Shown here in pieces: positions 38,601 through 53,600 of a stretch of DNA of 64,000 bases. Each line of letters begins with the position of its first letter. Within the stretch, counting starts at the first letter, position 1. The DNA is from Eledone cirrhosa. Lineage: Eukaryota. The position numbers and the translations under genes are program-made. The stretch covers positions 413,726,001 through 413,790,000 of the forward strand of contig OZ024741.1 in the NCBI GenBank assembly GCA_964016885.1, written 5' to 3'. The notes under the pieces are model-generated. The model saw only the letters and a list, made by a program, of their open reading frames with translations, searched no databases and was not told the origin of the DNA.

Positions 38601-41600
38601 GAGGACCTTTGTCATGTCACCGACACGACCACTTTACAGTGTGGACTGAGGACGTTTGTCATGTCGCCTACATGACCACTTTACATTGTGGACTGAGGAC
38701 CTTTGTCATGTCACCTACATGACCACTTTACAGTGTGGACTGAGGAGCTTTGTCATGTCACCGACACGACCACTTTACAGTGTGGACTGAGGACCTTTGT
38801 CATGTCACCTACATGACCACTTTACAGTGTGGACTGAGGACCTTTGTCATGTCACCTGCATGACCACTTTACAGTGTGGACTGAGGACCTTTATCACGTC
38901 CCCAACATGACCACTTTACAGTGTGGACTGAGGACCTTTGTCATGTCACTAACATGACCACTTTACAGTGTGGACTGAGGACCTTTGTCATGTCACCTAC
39001 ATGACCACTTTACAGTGTGGACTGAGGACCTTTGTCATGTCACCGACATGACCACTTTACAGTGTGGACTGAGGACTTTTGTCATGTCACCGACACGACC
39101 ACTTTACAGTGTGGACTGAGGGTCTTTGTCATGTCACCGACACGTCCACGTTACAGTGTGGACTGACGACCTTTGTCATGTCACCTACACGACCACTTTA
39201 CAATGTGGACTGAGGACCTTTGTCATGTCACCGACGTGACCACTTTACAGTGTGGACTGAGGACCTTGTCATGACACTGACACGTCCACTTTCCAGTGTG
39301 GACTGAGGACCTTTGTCATGTCACCAACTTGACCACTTTACAGTGTGGACTGAGGACCTATATAACGTCCCCAACATGACCACTTCACGGTGTGGGCTGA
39401 GGACCTTTGTCATGTCACTGACACGACCACTTTACAGTGTGGACTGAGGACCTTTGTCATGTCACTGACATAACCACTTTACAGTTTGGACTGAGGACCT
39501 TTGTCATGTCACCGACATGACCACTTTACAGTGTGGACTGAGGACCTTTATCATGTCCCCGACATGACCACTTTACAGTGTGGGCTGAGGACCTTTGTCA
39601 TGTCACCAGCATGACCACTTTACAGTGTGGACTGAGGACCTTTGTCATGTCCCCGACATGACCACTTTACAGTGTGGACTGAGGACCTTTGTCATGTCAC
39701 TGACACAACCACTTTACAGTGTGGACTGAGGACCTTTGTCATGACACCTACATGACCACTTTACAGTATGGACTGATGACCTTTGTCATGTCACGGACAT
39801 GACCACTTTACAGAGTGGACTGAGGACCTTTGTCATGTGACCTACATGACCACTTTACAGTGTGGACTGAGGACCTTTGTCATGTCACCTACATGACCAC
39901 TTTACAGTGGGGCCTGAGGACCTTTGTCATGTCACCGACACGACCACTTTACAGTGTGGACTGAGGACCTTTGTCATGTGACCTACATGACCACTTTACA
40001 GTGTGGACTGACGACCTTTGTCATGTCACCTACATGACCACTTTACAGTTGGACTGAGGACCTTTGTCATGTCACCGACATGACCACTTTACAGTGTGGA
40101 CTGAGGACCTTTGTCATGTCACCTACATGACCACTTTACAGTGTGGACTGAGGACTTTTGTCATGTCACAGACATGACCACTTTACAGTGTGGACTGAGG
40201 ACCTTTGTCATGTCACCTACATGACCACTTTACAGTGTGGACTGCAATCCTTTGTCATGACCCCGACACGACCAATTTACAGTGTGGACTGAGGACCTTT
40301 GTCATGTCACCGACACGACCACTTTACAGTGTCGACTGATGACCTTTGTCATGTCATCTACATGACCACTTTACAGTGTGGACTGAGGACCTTTGTCATG
40401 TCACCTACATGACCACTTTACAGTGTGGACTGAAGACCTTTGTCATGTCACAGACACGACCACTTTACAGTGTGGACTGAGGACCTTTGTCATGTCACCG
40501 ACACGACCACTTTACAGTGTGGACTGAGGACCTTTGTCATGTCACCTACATGACCACTTTACAGTGTGGACTGAGGACCTTTGTCATGTCACCTACATGA
40601 CCACTTTACAGTGTGGACTGAGAACCTTTGTCATGTCACCTGCATGACCACTTTACAGTGTGGACTGAGGACCTTTGTCATGTCACCTACATGACCACTT
40701 TCCATAGTGGACTGAGGACCTTTGTCATGTCACTAACCGGACCAATTTACAGTGTGGACTGAGGACCTTTGTCATGTCACCTACATGACAACTTTACAGT
40801 GTGGACTGAGGACCTTTAACATGTCCCCGACATGACCACATTACAGTGTGGACTGAGGACCTTTGTCATGTCACCAGCATGACCACTTTACAGTGTGGAC
40901 TGAGGACATTTGTCATGTCACCGACACGACCACTTTACAGTGTGGACTGAGGACCTTTGTCATGTCACCAGCATGACCACTTTACAGTGTGGACTGAGGA
41001 CCTTTGTCATGTCACTGACACGACCACTTTACAGTGTGGACTGAGGACATTTGTCATGTCACCGACACGACCACTTTACAGTGTGGACTGAGGACCTTTA
41101 TCATGTCCCCGACATGACCACTTTACAGTGTGGACTGAGGACATTTGTCATGTCACCGATACGTCCACTTTACAGTGTGGACTGAGGACCTTTGTCATGT
41201 GATCTACATGACCACTTTACAGTGTGGACTGAGGACCTTTGTCATGTCACCTACATGACCACTTTACAGTGGGGCCTGAGGACCTTTGTCATGTCACAAA
41301 CACGACCACTTTACAGTGTGGACTGAGGACCTTTGTCATGTCTCCTACATGACCACTTTACAGTGGGGCCTGAGGACCTTTGTCATGTCACGGACATGAC
41401 CACTTTACAGTGTGGTCTGAGAACTTTTGTCATGTCACTGACATGACCACTTTACAGTGTGGAATTAGGACCTTTGTCATGTCACCGACATGACCACTTT
41501 ACAGTGTGGACTGAGGACTTTTGTCATGTCACCGACATGACCAATTTACAGTGTGGACTGAGGACCTTTGTCATGTCACCTACATGACCACTTTACAGTG

Positions 41601-44600
41601 TGGACTGAAGACCTTTGTCATGACCCCGACATGACCACTTTACAGTGTGGACTGAGGACCTTTGTCATGTCACTGACACGACCACTTTACAGTGTGGACT
41701 GAGGACCTTTATCACGTCCCCAACATGACCACTTTACAGTGTGGGCTGAGCACCTTTGTCATGTCACCAGTATTACCACTTTACAGTGTGGACTGAGGAC
41801 CTTTGTCATGTCACTGACACGACCACTTTACAGTGTGGACTGAGGACCTTTATCACGTCCCCAACATGACCACTTTACAGTGTGGGCTGAGCACCTTTGT
41901 CATGTCACCAGTATTACCACTTTACAGTGTGTACTGAGGACCTTTGTCATGTCACCTACATCACCACTTTACAGTGTGGACTGAGGACCTTTATCACGTC
42001 CCCAACATGACCACTTTACAGTGTGGGCTGAGGACCTTTGTCATGTCACCAGCATGACCACTTTACAGTGTGGACTGAGGACCTTTGTCATGTCACTGAC
42101 ACGACCACTTTACAGTGTGGACTGAGGACCTTTGTCATGTCACCTACATGACCACTTTACAGTGTGGACTGAGGACCTTTGTCATGTCACTGACACGACC
42201 ACTTTACAGTGTGGACTGAGGACCTTTGTCATGTCACCAGCATGACCACTTTACAGTGTGGACTGAGGACCTTTGTCATGTCACTGACACGACCACTTTA
42301 CAGTGTGGACTGAGGACCTTTGTCATGTCACCTACATGACCACTTTACAGTGTGGACTGAGGACCTTTGTCATGTCACTGACACGACCACTTTACAGTGT
42401 GGACTGAGGACCTTTGTCATGTCACCAGCATGACCACTTTACAGTGTGGACTGAGGACCTTTGTCATGTCACCGACACGACTACTTTACAGTGTGGACTG
42501 AGGACCTTTGTCATATCACCTACATGACCACTTTACAGTGTGGACTGAGGACCTTTGTCATGTCACCTGCATGATCACTTTACAGTGTGGACTGAGGACC
42601 TTTGAAATGTCACCGACATGACCACTTTACAGTGTGGACTGAGGACCTTTGTCATGTCACCGACATGACCACTTTACAGTGTGGACTGAGGACCTTTGTC
42701 ATGTCCCTGATATGACCTCTTTACAGTGTGGACTGAGGACCTTTGTCATGTCACCGACATGACGACTTTACAGTGTGGACTGAGGACCTTTGTCATGTCA
42801 CCGACATGACCACTTTACAGTTGGACTGAGGGCCTTTGTCATGTCACCGACACGACCACTTTACAGTGTGGACTGAGGACCTTTGTCATGTCACCGACAC
42901 GACCACGTTAAAGTGTGGACTGAGGACCTTTGTCATGTCACCTACACGACCACTTTACAATGTGGACTGAGGACCTTTGTCATGTCACCGACGTGACCAC
43001 TTTACAGTGTGGACTGAGGACCTTGTCATGACACTGACACGTCCACTTTCCAGTGTGGACTGAGGACCTTTGTCATGTCACCAACTTGACCACTTTACAG
43101 TGTGGACTGAGGACCTATATAACGTCCCCAACATGACCACTTCACGGTGTGGGCTGAGGACCTTTGTCATGTCACTGACACGACCACTTTACAGTGTGGA
43201 CTGAGGACCTTTGTCATGTCACTGACATAACCACTTTACAGTTTGGACTGAGGACCTTTGTCATGTCACCGACATGACCACTTTACAGTGTGGACTGAGG
43301 ACCTTTATCATGTCCCCGACATGACCACTTTACAGTGTGGGCTGAGGACCTTTGTCATGTCACCAGCATGACCACTTTACAGTGTGGACTGAGGACCTTT
43401 GTCATGTCCCCGACATGACCACTTTACAGTGTGGACTGAGGACCTTTGTCATGTCACTGACACAACCACTTTACAGTGTGGACTGAGGACCTTTGTCATG
43501 ACACCTACATGACCACTTTACAGTATGGACTGATGACCTTTGTCATGTCACGGACATGACCACTTTACAGAGTGGACTGAGGACCTTTGTCATGTGACCT
43601 ACATGACCACTTTACAGTGTGGACTGAGGACCTTTGTCATGTCACCTACATGACCACTTTACAGTGGGGCCTGAGGACCTTTGTCATGTCACCGACACGA
43701 CCACTTTACAGTGTGGACTGAGGACCTTTGTCATGTGACCTACATGACCACTTTACAGTGTGGACTGACGACCTTTGTCATGTCACCTACATGACCACTT
43801 TACAGTTGGACTGAGGACCTTTGTCATGTCACCGACATGACCACTTTACAGTGTGGACTGAGGACCTTTGTCATGTCACCTACATGACCACTTTACAGTG
43901 TGGACTGAGGACTTTTGTCATGTCACAGACATGACCACTTTACAGTGTGGACTGAGGACCTTTGTCATGTCACCTACATGACCACTTTACAGTGTGGACT
44001 GCAATCCTTTGTCATGACCCCGACACGACCAATTTACAGTGTGGACTGAGGACCTTTGTCATGTCACCGACACGACCACTTTACAGTGTCGACTGATGAC
44101 CTTTGTCATGTCATCTACATGACCACTTTACAGTGTGGACTGAGGACCTTTGTCATGTCACCTACATGACCACTTTACAGTGTGGACTGAAGACCTTTGT
44201 CATGTCACAGACACGACCACTTTACAGTGTGGACTGAGGACCTTTGTCATGTCACCGACACGACCACTTTACAGTGTGGACTGAGGACCTTTGTCATGTC
44301 ACCTACATGACCACTTTACAGTGTGGACTGAGGACCTTTGTCATGTCACCTACATGACCACTTTACAGTGTGGACTGAGAACCTTTGTCATGTCACCTGC
44401 ATGACCACTTTACAGTGTGGACTGAGGACCTTTGTCATGTCACCTACATGACCACTTTCCATAGTGGACTGAGGACCTTTGTCATGTCACTAACCGGACC
44501 AATTTACAGTGTGGACTGAGGACCTTTGTCATGTCACCTACATGACAACTTTACAGTGTGGACTGAGGACCTTTAACATGTCCCCGACATGACCACATTA

Positions 44601-47600
44601 CAGTGTGGACTGAGGACCTTTGTCATGTCACCAGCATGACCACTTTACAGTGTGGACTGAGGACATTTGTCATGTCACCGACACGACCACTTTACAGTGT
44701 GGACTGAGGACCTTTGTCATGTCACCAGCATGACCACTTTACAGTGTGGACTGAGGACCTTTGTCATGTCACTGACACGACCACTTTACAGTGTGGACTG
44801 AGGACATTTGTCATGTCACCGACACGACCACTTTACAGTGTGGACTGAGGACCTTTATCATGTCCCCGACATGACCACTTTACAGTGTGGACTGAGGACA
44901 TTTGTCATGTCACCGATACGTCCACTTTACAGTGTGGACTGAGGACCTTTGTCATGTGATCTACATGACCACTTTACAGTGTGGACTGAGGACCTTTGTC
45001 ATGTCACCTACATGACCACTTTACAGTGGGGCCTGAGGACCTTTGTCATGTCACAAACACGACCACTTTACAGTGTGGACTGAGGACCTTTGTCATGTCT
45101 CCTACATGACCACTTTACAGTGGGGCCTGAGGACCTTTGTCATGTCACGGACATGACCACTTTACAGTGTGGTCTGAGAACTTTTGTCATGTCACTGACA
45201 TGACCACTTTACAGTGTGGAATTAGGACCTTTGTCATGTCACCGACATGACCACTTTACAGTGTGGACTGAGGACTTTTGTCATGTCACCGACATGACCA
45301 ATTTACAGTGTGGACTGAGGACCTTTGTCATGTCACCTACATGACCACTTTACAGTGTGGACTGAAGACCTTTGTCATGACCCCGACATGACCACTTTAC
45401 AGTGTGGACTGAGGACCTTTGTCATGTCACTGACACGACCACTTTACAGTGTGGACTGAGGACCTTTATCACGTCCCCAACATGACCACTTTACAGTGTG
45501 GGCTGAGCACCTTTGTCATGTCACCAGTATTACCACTTTACAGTGTGGACTGAGGACCTTTGTCATGTCACTGACACGACCACTTTACAGTGTGGACTGA
45601 GGACCTTTATCACGTCCCCAACATGACCACTTTACAGTGTGGGCTGAGCACCTTTGTCATGTCACCAGTATTACCACTTTACAGTGTGTACTGAGGACCT
45701 TTGTCATGTCACCTACATCACCACTTTACAGTGTGGACTGAGGACCTTTATCACGTCCCCAACATGACCACTTTACAGTGTGGGCTGAGGACCTTTGTCA
45801 TGTCACCAGCATGACCACTTTACAGTGTGGACTGAGGACCTTTGTCATGTCACTGACACGACCACTTTACAGTGTGGACTGAGGACCTTTGTCATGTCAC
45901 CTACATGACCACTTTACAGTGTGGACTGAGGACCTTTGTCATGTCACTGACACGACCACTTTACAGTGTGGACTGAGGACCTTTGTCATGTCACCAGCAT
46001 GACCACTTTACAGTGTGGACTGAGGACCTTTGTCATGTGACCTACATGACCACTTTACAGTGTGGACTGAGGACCTTTGTCATGTCACCTACATGACCAC
46101 TTTACAGTGGGGCCTGAGGACCTTTGTCATGTCACCGACACGACCACTTTACAGTGTGGACTGAGGACCTTTGTCATGTGACCTACATGACCACTTTACA
46201 GTGTGGACTGACGACCTTTGTCATGTCACCTACATGACCACTTTACAGTTGGACTGAGGACCTTTGTCATGTCACCGACATGACCACTTTACAGTGTGGA
46301 CTGAGGACCTTTGTCATGTCACCTACATGACCACTTTACAGTGTGGACTGAGGACTTTTGTCATGTCACAGACATGACCACTTTACAGTGTGGACTGAGG
46401 ACCTTTGTCATGTCACCTACATGACCACTTTACAGTGTGGACTGCAATCCTTTGTCATGACCCCGACACGACCAATTTACAGTGTGGACTGAGGACCTTT
46501 GTCATGTCACCGACACGACCACTTTACAGTGTCGACTGATGACCTTTGTCATGTCATCTACATGACCACTTTACAGTGTGGACTGAGGACCTTTGTCATG
46601 TCACCTACATGACCACTTTACAGTGTGGACTGAAGACCTTTGTCATGTCACAGACACGACCACTTTACAGTGTGGACTGAGGACCTTTGTCATGTCACCG
46701 ACACGACCACTTTACAGTGTGGACTGAGGACCTTTGTCATGTCACCTACATGACCACTTTACAGTGTGGACTGAGGACCTTTGTCATGTCACCTACATGA
46801 CCACTTTACAGTGTGGACTGAGAACCTTTGTCATGTCACCTGCATGACCACTTTACAGTGTGGACTGAGGACCTTTGTCATGTCACCTACATGACCACTT
46901 TCCATAGTGGACTGAGGACCTTTGTCATGTCACTAACCGGACCAATTTACAGTGTGGACTGAGGACCTTTGTCATGTCACCTACATGACAACTTTACAGT
47001 GTGGACTGAGGACCTTTAACATGTCCCCGACATGACCACATTACAGTGTGGACTGAGGACCTTTGTCATGTCACCAGCATGACCACTTTACAGTGTGGAC
47101 TGAGGACATTTGTCATGTCACCGACACGACCACTTTACAGTGTGGACTGAGGACCTTTGTCATGTCACCAGCATGACCACTTTACAGTGTGGACTGAGGA
47201 CCTTTGTCATGTCACTGACACGACCACTTTACAGTGTGGACTGAGGACATTTGTCATGTCACCGACACGACCACTTTACAGTGTGGACTGAGGACCTTTA
47301 TCATGTCCCCGACATGACCACTTTACAGTGTGGACTGAGGACATTTGTCATGTCACCGATACGTCCACTTTACAGTGTGGACTGAGGACCTTTGTCATGT
47401 GATCTACATGACCACTTTACAGTGTGGACTGAGGACCTTTGTCATGTCACCTACATGACCACTTTACAGTGGGGCCTGAGGACCTTTGTCATGTCACAAA
47501 CACGACCACTTTACAGTGTGGACTGAGGACCTTTGTCATGTCTCCTACATGACCACTTTACAGTGGGGCCTGAGGACCTTTGTCATGTCACGGACATGAC

Positions 47601-50600
47601 CACTTTACAGTGTGGTCTGAGAACTTTTGTCATGTCACTGACATGACCACTTTACAGTGTGGAATTAGGACCTTTGTCATGTCACCGACATGACCACTTT
47701 ACAGTGTGGACTGAGGACTTTTGTCATGTCACCGACATGACCAATTTACAGTGTGGACTGAGGACCTTTGTCATGTCACCTACATGACCACTTTACAGTG
47801 TGGACTGAAGACCTTTGTCATGACCCCGACATGACCACTTTACAGTGTGGACTGAGGACCTTTGTCATGTCACTGACACGACCACTTTACAGTGTGGACT
47901 GAGGACCTTTATCACGTCCCCAACATGACCACTTTACAGTGTGGGCTGAGCACCTTTGTCATGTCACCAGTATTACCACTTTACAGTGTGGACTGAGGAC
48001 CTTTGTCATGTCACTGACACGACCACTTTACAGTGTGGACTGAGGACCTTTATCACGTCCCCAACATGACCACTTTACAGTGTGGGCTGAGCACCTTTGT
48101 CATGTCACCAGTATTACCACTTTACAGTGTGTACTGAGGACCTTTGTCATGTCACCTACATCACCACTTTACAGTGTGGACTGAGGACCTTTATCACGTC
48201 CCCAACATGACCACTTTACAGTGTGGGCTGAGGACCTTTGTCATGTCACCAGCATGACCACTTTACAGTGTGGACTGAGGACCTTTGTCATGTCACTGAC
48301 ACGACCACTTTACAGTGTGGACTGAGGACCTTTGTCATGTCACCTACATGACCACTTTACAGTGTGGACTGAGGACCTTTGTCATGTCACTGACACGACC
48401 ACTTTACAGTGTGGACTGAGGACCTTTGTCATGTCACCAGCATGACCACTTTACAGTGTGGACTGAGGACCTTTGTCATGTCACTGACACGACCACTTTA
48501 CAGTGTGGACTGAGGACCTTTGTCATGTCACCTACATGACCACTTTACAGTGTGGACTGAGGACCTTTGTCATGTCACTGACACGACCACTTTACAGTGT
48601 GGACTGAGGACCTTTGTCATGTCACCAGCATGACCACTTTACAGTGTGGACTGAGGACCTTTGTCATGTCACCGACACGACTACTTTACAGTGTGGACTG
48701 AGGACCTTTGTCATATCACCTACATGACCACTTTACAGTGTGGACTGAGGACCTTTGTCATGTCACCTGCATGATCACTTTACAGTGTGGACTGAGGACC
48801 TTTGAAATGTCACCGACATGACCACTTTACAGTGTGGACTGAGGACCTTTGTCATGTCACCGACATGACCACTTTACAGTGTGGACTGAGGACCTTTGTC
48901 ATGTCCCTGATATGACCTCTTTACAGTGTGGACTGAGGACCTTTGTCATGTCACCGACATGACGACTTTACAGTGTGGACTGAGGACCTTTGTCATGTCA
49001 CCGACATGACCACTTTACAGTTGGACTGAGGGCCTTTGTCATGTCACCGACACGACCACTTTACAGTGTGGACTGAGGACCTTTGTCATGTCACCGACAC
49101 GACCACGTTAAAGTGTGGACTGAGGACCTTTGTCATGTCACCGACATGACCACTTTACAGTGTGGACTGAGGACCTTTGTCATGTCACCTACATCACCAC
49201 TTTACAGTGTGGACTGAGGACCTTTATCACGTCCCCAACATGACCACTTTACAGTGTGGACTGAGGACCTTTGTCATGTCACCTACATGACCACTTTACA
49301 GTGTGGACTGAGGACCTTTGTCATGTCACCTACACGACCACTTTACAGTGTGGACTGAGGACCATTGTCATGTCACCGACACGACCACTTTACAGTGTGG
49401 ACTGAGGACCTTTGTCATGTCACTGACATGACAACTTTACAGTGTGGACTGAGGACCTTTATCATGTCCCCGACATGACCACTTTACAGTGTGGACTGAG
49501 GACCTTTGTCATGTCACCAACTTGACCACTTTACAGTGTAGACTGAGGACCTTTGTCATGTCACCGACACGACCACGTTAAAGTGTGGACTGAGGACCTT
49601 TGTCATGTCACCGACATGACCACTTTACAGTGTGGACTGAGGACCTTTGTCATGTCACCTACATGACCACTTTACAGTGTGGACTGAGGACCTTTATCAC
49701 GTCCCCAACATGACCACTTTACAGTGTGGACTGAGGACCTTTGTCATGTCACCTACATGACCACTTTACAGTGTGGACTGAGGACCTTTGTCATGTCACC
49801 TACACGACCACTTTACAGTGTGGACTGAGGACCATTGTCATGTCACCGACACGACCACTTTACAGTGTGGACTGAGGACCTTTGTCATGTCACTGACATG
49901 ACAACTTTACAGTGTGGACTGAGGACCTTTATCATGTCCCCGACATGACCACTTTACAGTGTGGACTGAGGACCTTTGTCATGTCACCAACTTGACCACT
50001 TTACAGTGTAGACTGAGGACCTTTGTCATGTCAGCGACACGACCACTTTAAAGTGTGGACTGAGGACCTTTGTCATGTCACTGACATGACCACTTTACAG
50101 TGTGGACTGAGGACCTTTGTCGTGTCACCGACATGACCACTTTACAGTGTGAACTGAGGACCTTTGTCGTGTCACCGACATGACCACTTTACAGTGTGGA
50201 CTGATGACCTTTGTCATGTCACCGACACGACCACTTTACAGTGTGGACTGAGGACCTTTGTCATGTCACCTACACGACCAATTTACAGTGTGGACTGAGG
50301 ACCTTTGTCATGTCACCGACACGACCACTTTACAGTGTCGACTGAGGACCTTTGTCATGTCATCTACATGACCACTTTACAGTGTGGACTGAGGACCTTT
50401 GTCATGTCACCTATATGACCACTTTACAGTGTGGACTGAGGACCTTTGTCATGTCACAGACACGACCACTTTACAGTGTGGACTGAGGACCTTTGTCATG
50501 TCACCGACACGACCACTTTACAGTGTGGACTGAGGACGTTTGTCATGTCGCCTACATGACCACTTTACATTGTGGACTGAGGACCTTTGTCATGTCACCT

Positions 50601-53600
50601 ACATGACCACTTTACAGTGTGGACTGAGGACCTTTATCACGTCCCCAACATGACCACTTTACCGTGTGGACTGAGGACCTTTGTCATGTCACTAACATGA
50701 CCACTTTACAGTGTGGACTGAGGACCTTTGTCATGTCACCTACATGACCACTTTACAGTGTGGACTGAGGACCTTTGTCATGTCACCGACATGACCACTT
50801 TACAGTGTGGACTGAGGACTTTTGTCATGTCACCGACACGACCACTTTACAGTGTGGACTGAGGGTCTTTGTCATGTCACCGACACGTCCACGTTACAGT
50901 GTGGACTGACGACCTTTGTCATGTCACCTACACGACCACTTTACAATGTGGACTGAGGACCTTTGTCATATCACCGACGTGACCACTTTACAGTGTGGAC
51001 TGAGGACCTTGTCATGACACTGACACGTCCACTTTCCAGTGTGGACTGATGACCTTTGTCATGTCACCAACTTGACCACTTTACAGTGTGGACTGAGGAC
51101 CTATATAACGTCCCCAACATGACCACTTCACGGTGTGGGCTGAGGACCTTTGTCATGTCACTGACACGACCACTTTACAGTGTGGACTGAGGACCTTTGT
51201 CATGTCACTGACATAACCACTTTACAGTTTGGACTGTGGACCTTTGTCATGTCACCGACATGACCACTTTACAGTGTGGACTGAGGACCTTTATCATGTC
51301 CCCGACATGACCACTTTACAGTGTGGGCTGAGGACCTTTGTCATGTCACCAGCATGACCACTTTACAGTGTGGACTGAGGACCTTTGTCATGTCCCCGAC
51401 ATGACCACTTTACAGTGTGGACTGAGGACCTTTGTCATGTCACTGACACAACCACTTTACAGTGTGGACTGAGGACCTTTGTCATGACACCTACATGACC
51501 ACTTTACAGTATGGACTGATGACCTTTGTCATGTCACGGACATGACCACTTTACAGAGTGGACTGAGGACCTTTGTCATGTCACCTACATGACCACTTTA
51601 CAGTGTGGACTGAGGACCTTTGTCATGTCACCTACATGACCACTTTACAGTGGGGCCTGAGGACCTTTGTCATGTCACCGACACGACCACTTTACAGTGT
51701 GGACTGAGGACCTTTGTCATGTGACCTACATGACCACTTTACAGTGTGGACTGACGACCTTTGTCATGTCACCTACATGACCACTTTACAGTTGGACTGA
51801 GGACCTTTGTCATGTCACCGACATGACCACTTTACAGTGTGGACTGAGGACCTTTGTCATGTCACCTACATGACCACTTTACAGTGTGAACTGAGGACCT
51901 TTATCATGTCACCTACATGACCACTTTACAGTGTGGACTGAGGACTTTTGTCATGTCACGGACATGACCACTTTACGGTGTGGACTGAGGACCTTTGTCA
52001 TGTCACCTACATGACCACTTTACAGTGTGGACTGAAATCCTTTGTCATGACCCCGACACGACCAATTTACAGTGTGGACTGAGGACCTTTGTCATGTCAC
52101 CGACACGACCACTTTACAGTGTCGACTGAGGACCTTTGTCATGTCATCTACATGACCACTTTACAGTGTGGACTGAGGACCTTTGTCATGTCACCTACAT
52201 GACCACTTTACAGTGTGGACTGAGGACCTTTGTCATGTCACAGACACGACCACTTTACAGTGTGGACTGAGGACCTTTGTCATGTCACCGACACGACCAC
52301 TTTACAGTGTGGACTGAGGACCTTTGTCATGTCACCTACATGACCACTTTACATTGTGGACTGAGGACCTTTGTCATGTCACCTACATGACCACTTTACA
52401 GTGTGGACTGAGAACCTTTGTCATGTCACCTGCATGACCACTTTACAGTGTGGACTGAGGACCTTTGTCATGTCACCTACATGACCACTTTCCATAGTGG
52501 ACTGAGGACCTTTGTCATGTCACTAACAGGACCAATTTACAGTGTGGACTGAGGACCTTTGTCATGTCACCTACATGACAACTTTACAGTGTGGACTGAG
52601 GACCTTTATCATGTCCCCGACATGACCACATTACAGTGTGGACTGAGGACCTTTGTCATGTCACCAGCATGACCACTTTACAGTGTGGACTGAGGACATT
52701 TGTCATGTCACCGACACGACCACTTTACAGTGTGGACTGAGGACCTTTGTCATGTCACCAGCATGACCACTTTACAGTGTGGACTGAGGACCTTTGTCAT
52801 GTCACTGACACGACCACTTTACAGTGTGGACTGAGGACATTTGTCATGTCACCGACACGACCACTTTACAGTGTGGACTGAGGACCTTTATCATGTCACC
52901 GACACGTCCACTTTACAGTGTGGACTGAGGACCTTTGTCATGTGATCTACATGACCACTTTACAGTGTGGACTGAGGACCTTTGTCATGTCACCTACATG
53001 ACCACTTTACAGTGGGGCCTGAGGACCTTTGTCATGTCACAAACACGACCACTTTACAGTGTGGACTGAGGACCTTTGTCATGTCTCCTACATGACCACT
53101 TTACAGTGGGGCCTGAGGACCTTTGTCATGTCACGGACATGACCACTTTACAGTGTGGTCTGAGAACTTTTGTCATGTCACTGACATGACCACTTTACAG
53201 TGTGGACTGAGGACCTTTGTCATGACCCCGACATGACCACTTTACAGTGTGGACTGAGGACCTTTGTCATGTCACTGACACGACCACTTTACAGTGTGGA
53301 CTGAGGACCTTTATCACGTCCCCAACATGACCACTTTACAGTGTGGGCTGAGCACCTTTGTCATGTCACCAGTATTACCACTTTACAGTGTGGACTGATG
53401 ACCTTTGTCATGTCACCGACACAACCACTTTACAGTGTGTACTGAGGACCTTTGTCATGTCACCTACATCACCACTTTACAGTGTGGACTGAGGACCTTT
53501 ATCACGTCCCCAACATGACCACTTTACAGTGTGGGCTGAGGACCTTTGTCATGTCACCAGCATGACCACTTTACAGTGTGGACTGAGGACCTTTGTCATG

